NCBI GenBank assembly: GCA_050288705.1
Contig: JBNKEI010000169.1
Span: forward strand, 1,108-65,107
From: Myxococcales bacterium
GTDB taxonomy: Bacteria; Myxococcota; Myxococcia; Myxococcales; UBA5297
DNA: 64,000 nucleotides
Direction of reading: 5' to 3'
The position numbers and the translations under genes are program-made. The notes under the pieces were generated by a model. That model did not search any database. It saw only the letters and a list, made by a program, of their open reading frames with translations, and was not told the origin of the DNA. Below are positions 8,595-17,900 of this stretch, piece by piece (the first letter of the stretch is position 1; each line of letters starts with the position of its first letter).

Positions 8595-8873
8595 ATGATT
8601 GGCGCAATCGTTGGCGGAATAGCAAGTCAAGCAATTGGTAAAATAGCCAGTAATGCTATCGGCAATATTATGGGCGGTGGCGGCCAAGAAGGGGCTTCGG
8701 GCATGTCTAAAGCTGAACTGGAGGAGCAACACAAAAAGAGCATGGAAGAACAATATGCTATGATGGCTCTCCAAGACAAAATGGCCCATGATAACACTAT
8801 GGCACAAATGATATCTAACATACAGAAGTCAGAAATCGATACCCTAAAAGGCATTGCAGCCAACATGAAGTAA
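8595..8873 (+). CDS. T3SS needle/pilin-like small helical protein
   Basis: 92 aa with TAGGAG RBS. C-terminus LQDKMAHDNTMAQMISNIQKSEIDTLKGIAANMK fits the Q..M......SN..K...D....I..N.K/R pattern of SctF-like filament subunits. Confidence 0.6.
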   Translation: MIGAIVGGIASQAIGKIASNAIGNIMGGGGQEGASGMSKAELEEQHKKSMEEQYAMMALQDKMAHDNTMAQMISNIQKSEIDTLKGIAANMK

Positions 8874-8898
8874 TTATCCTAACCTTTGTACAATCATA

Positions 8899-8930
8899 AC
8901 GCGTGAACTAATATCTTGTGGTTCACGCGT
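8899..8930 (+). terminator. Stem-loop after the needle-like gene (partial terminator or mRNA stabiliser)
   Basis: ACGCGTGAAC-N12-GTTCACGCGT perfect 10-bp stem; the T tract is not immediately adjacent. Confidence 0.5.
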
Positions 8931-8984
8931 ATATCCCCAAGATTTTTTATTTTATTCATTGTTATTTTGAAATAGGAGAAAATT

Positions 8985-9542
8985 ATGCCTAGTCAACATG
9001 CAACATATCAAGAACCACCAGAAATTACCGAGCAACGAAAGCAAGTACTGCATGAACTCCAAAAGGCGGCCAAATCTCATTCAGGAATATTGCAAGAAGT
9101 ATTGCTAAAAATATATCAAGTAGTACAGAATACAACCCCTGACTCGAACCGCGATGCTCGATTAACTAAAGACACTCAACTGGCTATTCAGCAATATTTG
9201 AATGCTCGTAAATCAGGCAAGGTTTCTTCCGAGATCCCCCAGGCCATCCCTTTAGCCGTTGAATTTATACAAAACAATATAAAAGTGCTAGGAGAAGCAA
9301 CTCGTTTAGAAACAGAAGGGAAGCCCCTGGAAGTCAAAGAGTTCAAAGGAATAAAAACCTTTCTGCCGTCCTTGCGCACCATACACTTTGATAATGATGC
9401 ACTTGAATTGACACCACAGGGGTACCATCGCCAGGTTTTCTTAGGAGAATATTATGCCACCAATACAATCACTCAGAGCCCTCGTATCCGTACAAAAACT
9501 CCTGGATGGGTAAATCCAGCGCTAGGCCACATTATTGTTTAG
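8985..9542 (+). CDS. Hypothetical protein
   Basis: 185-aa ORF with TAGGAG RBS; no motif recognised. Confidence 0.65.
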   Translation: MPSQHATYQEPPEITEQRKQVLHELQKAAKSHSGILQEVLLKIYQVVQNTTPDSNRDARLTKDTQLAIQQYLNARKSGKVSSEIPQAIPLAVEFIQNNIKVLGEATRLETEGKPLEVKEFKGIKTFLPSLRTIHFDNDALELTPQGYHRQVFLGEYYATNTITQSPRIRTKTPGWVNPALGHIIV

Positions 9543-9871
9543 ATACATGCGCATTCCCCCTTGCACTTCTGCTCCAGTTTTTTGTGCTTCCAACTGCAAG
9601 AAAGAACAAAGACTATTTTGAATAGCTCAAGGACAAAAGACTTCAGAATACTCTGTGCGTTGCCAGCATTGCAGAAGAACAGTTTCTCCGAATCAGCTCA
9701 ATGATCACAGCCATTCAAAAACTCTTAGTGAATCAAGCACTAAACCACCCTGATGTTAAATGCAAGCGCATACTTGGATTTTGATCGAGAGTGCAAGTTG
9801 TTGTTGACCGATATCCAGTTCACTGCAAAAATTATAAATTGAATTTGGGCGATCCTAATAACGTAGGCCAA

Positions 9872-9968
9872 CTGGGTTCGGATGCGTTTGTTAATATTTC
9901 TTAGGAATGGTAGTTAGCTAAGAAAACAATTAGTAGCAAGTAAGTTTTTTTAGAGCGAGCTGGAATTT
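9872..9968 (+). pseudogene. Vestigial 3' end of a PEGA-domain gene
   Basis: CTGGGTTCGGATGCGTTTGTTAATATTTCTTAGGAATGGTAGTTAGCTAAGAAAACA... aligns by eye with 16228..16331 (CTGGTTCGGGGGCGTTTTTCTATGTTTCTTGGGATCGACAGCCAGCCAAGATAACA...); contains stops. Confidence 0.6.
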
Positions 9969-10001
9969 GGAACATGAGCTATAAAGAAAGGCTTATTCAC
10001 C

Positions 10002-12335
10002 ATGAAATCACCTGAGGCATCAGGGGGTATTTTGGCAGTGGCACTGCTAGGTATTGCGGCATGTTCGGATAATTTTCCCGGAAAATGCAATAGTAACGCC
10101 GGTTGCCAAGGGGAAAGTAAATGCCATGAGGGTTTGTGTGTGCTCATTCCTGGACAGACCAATGGACAGACCGATGAAATAACTAATTTGATTGCCGAGC
10201 CTGGTCCTCAGCGGACACTATTGCATTGGGACGCAGTTCCAGGAGCTTTGAGTTACAACGTCTATTGGAAGAATTCTAGTGGAGTTAGTAAAAGCGATAA
10301 GTACGAAATCAGTGAAACCAACGAGCTGGTACACAGCGAGCTTGAAAATTGGCAATCCTATTATTATGCGGTAGCAGCAGTGTTACCCACCGGGGAGACA
10401 TCGCTTTCCCAGGAGGCCTGGGCGCGACCTGCTCCTCTAATCCCTGATAAGACTGTAAACGCGATTGCCCAAGGAAGCGACGGTACCGTTTATATCGGTG
10501 GACAGTTCTCTAGAATTGGACTTGCTAGCGGAAGCATATTGGCATGGAATACTATTCGTAGTCAGCCCATTCCCTTTCCGCTGGTAACAGGTTTTGTTTC
10601 TGCGATCGCTCCTGATGGAACTGGAGGGTGGTATATTGGTGGAGAATTTTACCGGGTGGATGGCGTAAAGAAAAGCGGCTTAGCTCATATTCTTGCTGAC
10701 GGCACCCTAGACCAGAATTGGAAGTCTGGTGATAATTTTTTGGGCCATGTTAATGCATTAACAGTTAACGGAGAAACCATTTACGTAGGGGGCGAGTTCT
10801 CGCGCATCGGCGGTAAGGAAAGGAATAACCTTGCGGCTATCCATTCTGACGGCACCCTAGATCTAGATTGGAAGCCTGATGCCGATGGTAAGGTAAGCGC
10901 ACTAGCAGTAAGCGGAGAAACTATTTACGTAGGCGGCGAATTCTCGCACATCGGCGGAGAGGAAAGGAAGAGCCTTGCGGCTATACATTCCGATGGCAAC
11001 CTGGACCAGAAATGGAAACACGATGTTGAGGGTCTGGTCAATACATTGGCAGTAAGCAAAAGCGGAGAAATCATTTACATAGGGGGGAATTTTTCCAAAA
11101 TTGGCATTGATGAAAGGAAAAACCTTGCGGCTATCCATTCCGACGGCACCCTAGACCAGAATTGGAAGCCCTATTCTAATTCTGGGTCTAGTGTAGCTAC
11201 GTTGGCAGTAAGCGGAGAAATCATTTACGCAGGTGGTTATTTTTCCAAAATCAATGGAGAGCTAAGGAAAAACCTCGTGGCCATTCATTCCGATGGCCGC
11301 CTAGACCAGAATTGGAAGCCCGAAGCTAATAGTGGTGTAGTAGAGTTGATAGTAAGCGGAGAAACCGTTTACGTGGGGGGGGCTTTTTTCAAAATCAATG
11401 ATACACCACGGAGAAACTTGGCGGCAATAAAAGTCGACGGTACTCTGGACCAGAATTGGAGTCCCGAACCCAATGGTGTTGTGTCTGCGTTGGCAGTAAG
11501 TGGAGAGAATATCGTTGCAGGGGGCAAATTTGCCAGTATCGGCGGAGAATCAAGAAAGTACCTTGCCGCAATAAATGCCGACGGTTCCCTCGGCCAAGAC
11601 TGGAAGCCCGAGCCTAATGGTGTCGTGTCTGCGTTGGCAGTAAATGGCCAAACCGTTTACGTAGGTGGTGCTTTTTCCAGTATTGGGGAGGCTTCAAGAA
11701 AAAAATTTGCAGTAATAAAAGCCGATGACGGTACCCTAGACCCGAATTCTAATTGGGATCTCAGGCCCGATAATTCTATACTTGCCTTGGCAGTAGAGGG
11801 AAAAAGAATTTATGTGGGCGGTGAGTTTTCCACTATCGGCGGAGTGGCAAAAAAGTACCTTGCCTCAATAAATGCCAACGATGGCACCCTGGACTCGAAT
11901 TGGAATCCTAATCCCGAAGGAGTTGTCTCGGCATTGGCAATAAGCGGCGAAACCATTTATGTGGGTGGCGAATTTGAAAATATTAGCGGAGGGTCACACA
12001 AGCATCTCGCAGCAATAAAAGCCTCCGACGGCAGCCTGGACACGAATTGGAATCCTAACCCTAATGAAGCTGTCTCGGCATTGGCAGTAAATGGAGAAAC
12101 CGTATACGTAGCAGGCAATTTTACCAGCATTGGCGAAGGACAAGAGAAATATCTTGCGGCCATTCTTGCCAACGGTATCGGTACTCTTAACAAGAATTGG
12201 AATCGTCCGCCTGCTACCTACTCTGCCGTATCTGCATTGGCAACAAGTGGAAAAACCCTTTTCATAGGTGGCAGTTTTACCAGCATCGACTACCATTTCC
12301 CCCAAACCAACTTCACCAACTTGAGCTTACCCTGA
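10002..12335 (+). CDS. Lipoprotein: Cys-rich module, FN3 domain and delta-60/DUF5122-like beta-propeller repeats (copy 1)
   Basis: Lipobox IAAC; C-x5-C-x5-C-x4-C module; LHWDAVPGALSYNVYW...YYYAVAAV (FN3); about 11-12 repeats of V.ALAVSGETIYVGG.F..IGG..R.NLAAI..DG.LD.NW.P. Confidence 0.85.
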   Translation: MKSPEASGGILAVALLGIAACSDNFPGKCNSNAGCQGESKCHEGLCVLIPGQTNGQTDEITNLIAEPGPQRTLLHWDAVPGALSYNVYWKNSSGVSKSDKYEISETNELVHSELENWQSYYYAVAAVLPTGETSLSQEAWARPAPLIPDKTVNAIAQGSDGTVYIGGQFSRIGLASGSILAWNTIRSQPIPFPLVTGFVSAIAPDGTGGWYIGGEFYRVDGVKKSGLAHILADGTLDQNWKSGDNFLGHVNALTVNGETIYVGGEFSRIGGKERNNLAAIHSDGTLDLDWKPDADGKVSALAVSGETIYVGGEFSHIGGEERKSLAAIHSDGNLDQKWKHDVEGLVNTLAVSKSGEIIYIGGNFSKIGIDERKNLAAIHSDGTLDQNWKPYSNSGSSVATLAVSGEIIYAGGYFSKINGELRKNLVAIHSDGRLDQNWKPEANSGVVELIVSGETVYVGGAFFKINDTPRRNLAAIKVDGTLDQNWSPEPNGVVSALAVSGENIVAGGKFASIGGESRKYLAAINADGSLGQDWKPEPNGVVSALAVNGQTVYVGGAFSSIGEASRKKFAVIKADDGTLDPNSNWDLRPDNSILALAVEGKRIYVGGEFSTIGGVAKKYLASINANDGTLDSNWNPNPEGVVSALAISGETIYVGGEFENISGGSHKHLAAIKASDGSLDTNWNPNPNEAVSALAVNGETVYVAGNFTSIGEGQEKYLAAILANGIGTLNKNWNRPPATYSAVSALATSGKTLFIGGSFTSIDYHFPQTNFTNLSLP

Positions 12336-12350
12336 AAAAGATTTCTATAA

Positions 12351-12434
12351 GGTTTTTCATTATTTCTTGGAATCGGGTAGCCCTTTCAAGAAAAAAGTAT
12401 TGGCAAGCAAGGTTTTATTAAGCGTGGGAATTTG
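12351..12434 (+). pseudogene. Vestigial 3' end of a PEGA-domain gene
   Basis: Translates FFIISWNR... then, after a frameshift, ASKVLLSVG; compare FFYVSWDR...TSQVLFTVGGNF at the end of 14883..16331. Confidence 0.6.
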
Positions 12435-12467
12435 GAACGTGAGCTATAAAGAAAGGCTTAATTCACC

Positions 12468-14804
12468 ATGAAATCACCTGCGGCATCAGGGGGTATTTTG
12501 GCAGTGGCGCTGCTAAATATTGCGGCATGTTCGGTTAATTTTCCCGGAAGATGCAGTAGTAACGCCGATTGCCAAGGAGAAAGCGAATGCCGTGAGGGTT
12601 TGTGTGTGCACATTTCTGGACAAGCCAATGGGCAGACCAATGAAATAGCTAATTTGATTGCCGAGCCGGGTCCTCAGCGAACACTGTTGCGTTGGGACGC
12701 AGTTCCCGGAGCTTCGAGTTACAAAGTCTATTGGAAGAATTCCAGCGGAGTAAGTAAAAGCGATAAGCACGAAATCAGCGAAACCAACGAGCTGGTACAC
12801 AGCAAACTTGAAAATTGGCAACCCTATTATTATGCGGTAGCAGCAGTGTTACCCACCGGGGAGACCTCGCTTTCCCAGGAGGCTTGGGCGCGACCTGCGC
12901 CTCTCATACCTGATAGCCCTGTAAACGCAATAGCCCAAGGAAGCGACGGTACTGTTTATATAGGTGGAGCTTTTTCCCGAATTGGCCCTGTATGCGGAGG
13001 GGTAGTAGCCTGGGATACCGCCCGTAACCGCCAAAGCCCCTTTCCACTGGTAACAGGCTCTGTTTATGCGATCGCTCCCGATGGAACTGGAGGGTGGTAT
13101 ATTGGGGGAACGTTTCGCCAGGTGGATGGCATAAATAAAACTGGGTTAGCTCATATTCTTGCCAACGGCACCCTAGATCCAGTTTGGAACGTTAATGGTT
13201 TTTCGGGCCATATCGAAACATTGGCAGTAAGCGGAGAAACCATTTACGTCGGTGGCAACTTCTCGCTCGTCGGTGAAGAGCAAAGGAATAACCTTGCGGC
13301 TATCCATTCCGACGGCACCCTAGATCTCGATTGGAAGTCTTATGCCGATGGTCCAGTCCTTTCATTAGCAGTAAGCGAAAGTGGAAAAATCATTTACGTA
13401 GGGGGTTCTTTTTCTAAAATTGGCACTGATGATAGGAAAAACCTTGCGGCTATCCATTCCGACGGTATTCTAGACCAGAATTGGAAGCCCGATGCTGATG
13501 GTCAGGTCAATGCATTGGCATTGAGCGAAAGTGGAGAATTCATTTACGTAGGGGGGAGGTTTTCCAAAATTGGAACTGATGATAGGAAAAGCCTAGCGGC
13601 TATCCATTCCAGCGGCAGCCTAGATCAAGTTTGGAAACCCAAAGTTAAATCTGAGTCTAATGTAGTTACGTTGGCAGTGAGCGGAGAAATAATTTATGTA
13701 GGTGGTTATTTTTCCGAAATTGATGAGGAGAGAAGGTGGAACCTCGCGGCCATTCATTCCGATGGCAAACTAGATCGGAATTGGAAGCCCAAAGCTAATA
13801 ATGGTGTAATGAAGCTGGAAGTAAGCGGAGAAAATGTTTATGTGGGGGGTTCTTTTTCCTCAATCAATGAAAAACCACGGGGGGGCTTTGCGGTAATAAA
13901 AGCCAACGGTACTTTGGACCAGAATTGGAGGCCCGAGCCTGATGGACATATACACGCGTTGGCAGTAAGTGGAGAGAATATCGTTGCAGGAGGCGAATTT
14001 ACCAGTATCGGAGGGGAGCCGCGAAAGCACCTTGCCGCAATAAATGCCGACGGTACCCTGGACCAAGACTGGAAGCCCGAGCCCGATGACAATATATATG
14101 CGTTGGCAGTAAATGACCAAACCGTTTACCTAGGCGGCGCTTTTTCCAATATTGGTGAGGTTTCAAGAAAGAGATTTGCAGTAATAAAAGCCGATGACGG
14201 TACCCTAGACCCTAATTCGAATTGGTATCCCGAGCCCGATGACTCTGTACTTGCCTTGGCAGTAAAGGGAAAAAGTATTTATATGGGCGGTAAGTTTTCC
14301 ACTATAGGAGGAGCGGCAAAAAAGTACCTTGCCGCAATAAATGCCGACGATGGCACCCTAGACCCGAATTGGAATCCTAATCCCGAAGGAGTTGTCTCAG
14401 CATTGGCAATAAGCGGAGAAACTCTTTATGTGGGTGGCGAATTTGAGAATATTGGCGGAGGGTCAAACAAGCATCTCGCGGCAGTAAAAGCCGCCGACGG
14501 CAGCCTGGACCCGAACTGGAATCCTAGCCCTAATGAAGCTGTCTTGGCATTGGCAGTAAACGGAGAAACCGTATACGTAGGCGGCAATTTTACCAGCATC
14601 GGCGGAGAATCACAGAGATATATTGCGGCCATTCTTGCCAACGGTACCGGCACTGTGAACAAAAAATGGAATCGTCCGACTGCTATCTACTCTGCCGTAT
14701 CTGCATTGGCAGCAAGTAAAAAAACCCTTTTCATAGGTGGCAGTTTTACCAGCATCGACTACCATTTTCCCCAAGCCAGGTTTACCAACTTGAGCTTACC
14801 CTGA
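12468..14804 (+). CDS. Lipoprotein: Cys-rich module, FN3 domain and beta-propeller repeats (copy 2, tandem paralog)
   Basis: Colinear with 10002..12335, with near-identical termini and upstream sequence (GGAATTTGGAAC.TGAGCTATAAAGAAAGGCTTA.TTCACCATG). Confidence 0.85.
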   Translation: MKSPAASGGILAVALLNIAACSVNFPGRCSSNADCQGESECREGLCVHISGQANGQTNEIANLIAEPGPQRTLLRWDAVPGASSYKVYWKNSSGVSKSDKHEISETNELVHSKLENWQPYYYAVAAVLPTGETSLSQEAWARPAPLIPDSPVNAIAQGSDGTVYIGGAFSRIGPVCGGVVAWDTARNRQSPFPLVTGSVYAIAPDGTGGWYIGGTFRQVDGINKTGLAHILANGTLDPVWNVNGFSGHIETLAVSGETIYVGGNFSLVGEEQRNNLAAIHSDGTLDLDWKSYADGPVLSLAVSESGKIIYVGGSFSKIGTDDRKNLAAIHSDGILDQNWKPDADGQVNALALSESGEFIYVGGRFSKIGTDDRKSLAAIHSSGSLDQVWKPKVKSESNVVTLAVSGEIIYVGGYFSEIDEERRWNLAAIHSDGKLDRNWKPKANNGVMKLEVSGENVYVGGSFSSINEKPRGGFAVIKANGTLDQNWRPEPDGHIHALAVSGENIVAGGEFTSIGGEPRKHLAAINADGTLDQDWKPEPDDNIYALAVNDQTVYLGGAFSNIGEVSRKRFAVIKADDGTLDPNSNWYPEPDDSVLALAVKGKSIYMGGKFSTIGGAAKKYLAAINADDGTLDPNWNPNPEGVVSALAISGETLYVGGEFENIGGGSNKHLAAVKAADGSLDPNWNPSPNEAVLALAVNGETVYVGGNFTSIGGESQRYIAAILANGTGTVNKKWNRPTAIYSAVSALAASKKTLFIGGSFTSIDYHFPQARFTNLSLP

Positions 14805-14882
14805 AAAAGACTGGGTGCAAGTTACTCGGCCCATAACGATGGATGTCGTCGAAAAAAGCATAATGCACTGGGGAGTCAAAAA

Positions 14883-16331
14883 ATGAAGCGCTGGAAATAT
14901 AATTCTACCGGCTGGTTACTAACCAGCATAATCATTGCTTCAACGCCAGTTTACGCACAATCAACAGCAGTAGTAGCAGGTGGCTCTTGTCAACAAAACT
15001 CGCTCGCCGCAACCGTTAGCAAGTTTCGCGCTGCGCTCGCGCGCAAAAATGTAACCGTCGAGTCGCAGCAGTCTCTCATCAATAAACTTGGCGGCATTCC
15101 GTCAATGTCGATGGAGGAAATCAATCACCGTCTGGAGGCACGTCGCGAGGACCTTCTCAATATGGACTATCAAAAAGCAATCAATCCATTATTGGAAGAA
15201 ATCAAAGAACTAATGTTACAGCCTCCTTCGCAAAAGCGTTGCGACAGTGTTCGCGATGCTTATGTCAAATTAGCCTGGGCGTATTACAAATCGAAAGCAA
15301 ACGAAAAGGATTACCGCGCGGCAGTAGAGAGAATAGCTCGAATCGGTACTTTTAAACTCGATTTCAGATTATTTCCTCCCACGTTTCACCAATATGTTGA
15401 TAATACGCGAGAGGAACTGAAAAGGGGCGCCAATTCATCACTTAGCATACTCACAAATCCAGTAGGATTGATGGTACATATTGATGGATGTCCAGTCGGG
15501 CACTCTCCCCAAAGACTTCGCGTCCCCGAAGGTAAATACCAAGTAGATATCGAGTTTCCCAGTGGACGAGGTTTATTCCAAAAAGTTGTAGCAAAAGGCG
15601 ATACAACAGTCGAATTTAACAAAGGATTTGAAGGATCAATTTTTGCTGATAAAGGTCCCTGCGTTGCTTTCTCTAAAGACAATAAAGAGCGAATTAAGTC
15701 ACTGGCTCGGCTCGCTGGCTTGCTGAAGGTTCAATCGGTGGCAATGGTTCGGGAACACGAACCAGTAGAGGGTAAAAAATATTTAGCCGTCCAGTTGGTC
15801 GATAAAAATAAGAATTCGAGAGAGGCAGAAATAAACCTTTTAACCAATGGCGCCACCGATGATGAATTAGACGACAATTTGGAAAAGCTCGCTACGTTCA
15901 TAGCCACGGGAAAAGTCGAACCACCGGTTAAGTCTCTTCCTCTTCGTGCAGACAACCCGATAATAAACGTCTCCTCTGCGCCAAAGCCAAAAGCAAAATG
16001 GCAACGTACGGTTGCGTGGTCATTGGCTGGACTCGCGGCTGCATTAGCCGGAGCAGCAGTCTACGAACAGGTGCATATGAGAAATATTGCGAACGATGCG
16101 AGCCCGCGTCGTAATTCCGACGGGAGTTATAATCATGACGACTTAATGGCTTACCAGTTATCCCGCGACTTTAATACCGCGGACAAGCTGCGCACGGGAT
16201 TCATAATAGGAACGGCGCTAGCCGCGGCTGGTTCGGGGGCGTTTTTCTATGTTTCTTGGGATCGACAGCCAGCCAAGATAACAGAATCAGCAACTAGTCA
16301 GGTTTTATTTACCGTAGGTGGAAATTTTTGA
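14883..16331 (+). CDS. PEGA-domain protein with signal peptide, helical (TPR-like) region and C-terminal hydrophobic segments
   Basis: LSILTNPVGLMVHIDGCPVGHSPQRLRVPEGKYQVDIE (PEGA); hydrophobic VAWSLAGLAAALAGAAVY and GFIIGTALAAAGSGAFFY; terminal Phe. Confidence 0.75.
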   Translation: MKRWKYNSTGWLLTSIIIASTPVYAQSTAVVAGGSCQQNSLAATVSKFRAALARKNVTVESQQSLINKLGGIPSMSMEEINHRLEARREDLLNMDYQKAINPLLEEIKELMLQPPSQKRCDSVRDAYVKLAWAYYKSKANEKDYRAAVERIARIGTFKLDFRLFPPTFHQYVDNTREELKRGANSSLSILTNPVGLMVHIDGCPVGHSPQRLRVPEGKYQVDIEFPSGRGLFQKVVAKGDTTVEFNKGFEGSIFADKGPCVAFSKDNKERIKSLARLAGLLKVQSVAMVREHEPVEGKKYLAVQLVDKNKNSREAEINLLTNGATDDELDDNLEKLATFIATGKVEPPVKSLPLRADNPIINVSSAPKPKAKWQRTVAWSLAGLAAALAGAAVYEQVHMRNIANDASPRRNSDGSYNHDDLMAYQLSRDFNTADKLRTGFIIGTALAAAGSGAFFYVSWDRQPAKITESATSQVLFTVGGNF

Positions 16332-16370
16332 GTCAGGGCTAGTGAAACCCAAGGTAAGGTCTAGTTCACC

Positions 16371-17156
16371 ATGAAATCACGTGCGACGTCGTGGGGAGGT
16401 TTGGCAGCGGTGTTACTAAGTACTGCTACCTGTATTGATTTCCCCGGAAAATGCAATGATGACAAAGATTGTAAAAATGGAGTGTGCCGTCAAGAATTGT
16501 GTTATACAAGGCAGCCCAATGAAGATAATAATGGAAGCGAATGCGTACCCGAGACAGTGGACGAGCACTGTGAAAGCGTGGGAAAAGCTTGCGGCATAAA
16601 TTCCTGGACCGACAATTGCGGGCAAACACGAAATGAGATCTGTGGAGAATGTCCTAATTGCACAAAGTTTGACGAGGAGCGAAATCGGCCTGCGCTTACC
16701 AATTGGACCAATTGGCCGGCTATTCCCATTCCTCCGCCAAATGATGCTTATTCAGTCATCAATGACCAAGGAGATGTGCTCGATTCTCAGACCTGCCTCA
16801 TTTGGCAACGCTATGTACAGACAAATACTATAGCTCAGCCGCATACGGGTGGTCCGCAGTTTTTTACCTGGTACGAGGCAAAAGATCATTGTAAGGGAAA
16901 CTGGCGGTTGCCCTCCAAAGTTGAACTTGAATCGATTATTGACAACAGTCGAATTAATTTGGCGATTAACGACGTCTTTGGTCAGCCAGAAAATGGTTGT
17001 CCATCACGCGGCTGTTGGTTCTGGACTGCAACAGATTACGAGCACATCCCGGGCAGTGGTTATACTGACCCGGCGGCATGGTATGTCGACTTCTCTAGCG
17101 GTTACAGCAATGGAGACAACAAGGACTATACCGGCTTCGTCCGCTGTGTGCGCTAA
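16371..17156 (+). CDS. Lipoprotein with Cys-rich module and DUF1566 (Lcl C-terminal, C-type lectin fold) domain
   Basis: VLDSQTCLIWQR, FTWYEAKDHC, WRLPSKVELESI, WFWTAT, AWYVDF..G, FVRCVR. Leader homologous to the 10002 and 12468 genes. Confidence 0.85.
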   Translation: MKSRATSWGGLAAVLLSTATCIDFPGKCNDDKDCKNGVCRQELCYTRQPNEDNNGSECVPETVDEHCESVGKACGINSWTDNCGQTRNEICGECPNCTKFDEERNRPALTNWTNWPAIPIPPPNDAYSVINDQGDVLDSQTCLIWQRYVQTNTIAQPHTGGPQFFTWYEAKDHCKGNWRLPSKVELESIIDNSRINLAINDVFGQPENGCPSRGCWFWTATDYEHIPGSGYTDPAAWYVDFSSGYSNGDNKDYTGFVRCVR

Positions 17157-17176
17157 CCCCCTAAGTAAAAAGCATT

Positions 17177-17749
17177 TTGGGAGCAAAAATGAAAAGCATT
17201 ATTTATTCACATGGTCCCTGTATTAGAAATTATGCTCACTTATTCAGCGTCGTCGGAGTAATCGCCATTTTTAGCGCGCCAGCGACCTATGCAAGCGCAC
17301 CCGTAGGCCGGTTCATAGTGACAGAACATGACGATCCCAATGACAACACAGTCTACGATAGCGTAACCAAATTGACTTGGCAGCAGAAAGTTCTCAACAG
17401 CGGCCGTAAATGGGCAGAAGCAGTTGATTACTGTGATGAGCAAAACACAAAAAAGCTTGGAGGATTTGATTCTAGGTGGCGACTACCAACTATTTCCGAA
17501 CTAAGGACTATTGTAGACACGGCCAATATCAAGGGATCAACCATAGATAACAAGCGACCAGCTATTGATCCAACCGCTTTTCCAAATGCTAGAGATTGCT
17601 GGTTCTGGAGTTCCACCCCTTATATGGACGGTAACTTCAAGCCGGATGGTACTGGGGGCTTTGCATGGCGTGTCCTCTTCTCCGACGGCTCCAGTCTTTT
17701 TGGCAAAGTTGACGACATCTACACTGCCGTCCGTTGCGTGCGCGACTAG
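17177..17749 (+). CDS. Secreted DUF1566 (Lcl C-terminal) domain protein
   Basis: TVYDSVTKLTWQQ, WAEAVDYC, WRLPTISELRTI, FWSST, AWRVLF..G, AVRCVR. Start may be ATG 17189. Confidence 0.85.
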   Translation: MGAKMKSIIYSHGPCIRNYAHLFSVVGVIAIFSAPATYASAPVGRFIVTEHDDPNDNTVYDSVTKLTWQQKVLNSGRKWAEAVDYCDEQNTKKLGGFDSRWRLPTISELRTIVDTANIKGSTIDNKRPAIDPTAFPNARDCWFWSSTPYMDGNFKPDGTGGFAWRVLFSDGSSLFGKVDDIYTAVRCVRD

Positions 17750-17900
17750 GCCGTTGTTTAGTCATCTGAAGGTGAGAAAAATCCAGCCAGTAGCGCCTCT
17801 TTCCTTGCCATGCGTGCAAAACACGACCAAGAACTTGCTTGGTTATGCTATGTTGCCAGGTAATGAATGTGCTGCATAGCTTGCTAACGGGGGAAGTCGG

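Noticed and set aside
9545-9860. Possible decayed gene (such as a T3SS chaperone) on the minus strand
   Set aside because: Only short stop-interrupted frames with no recognisable motif.
10700-14700. Regularly spaced ~150-bp nucleotide repeats
   Set aside because: Explained by beta-propeller blade repeats in the two CDSs.
16371-17900. A complete DGR in the window
   Set aside because: No reverse transcriptase, Avd or adenine-rich template repeat is visible; only target-like tails are reported.
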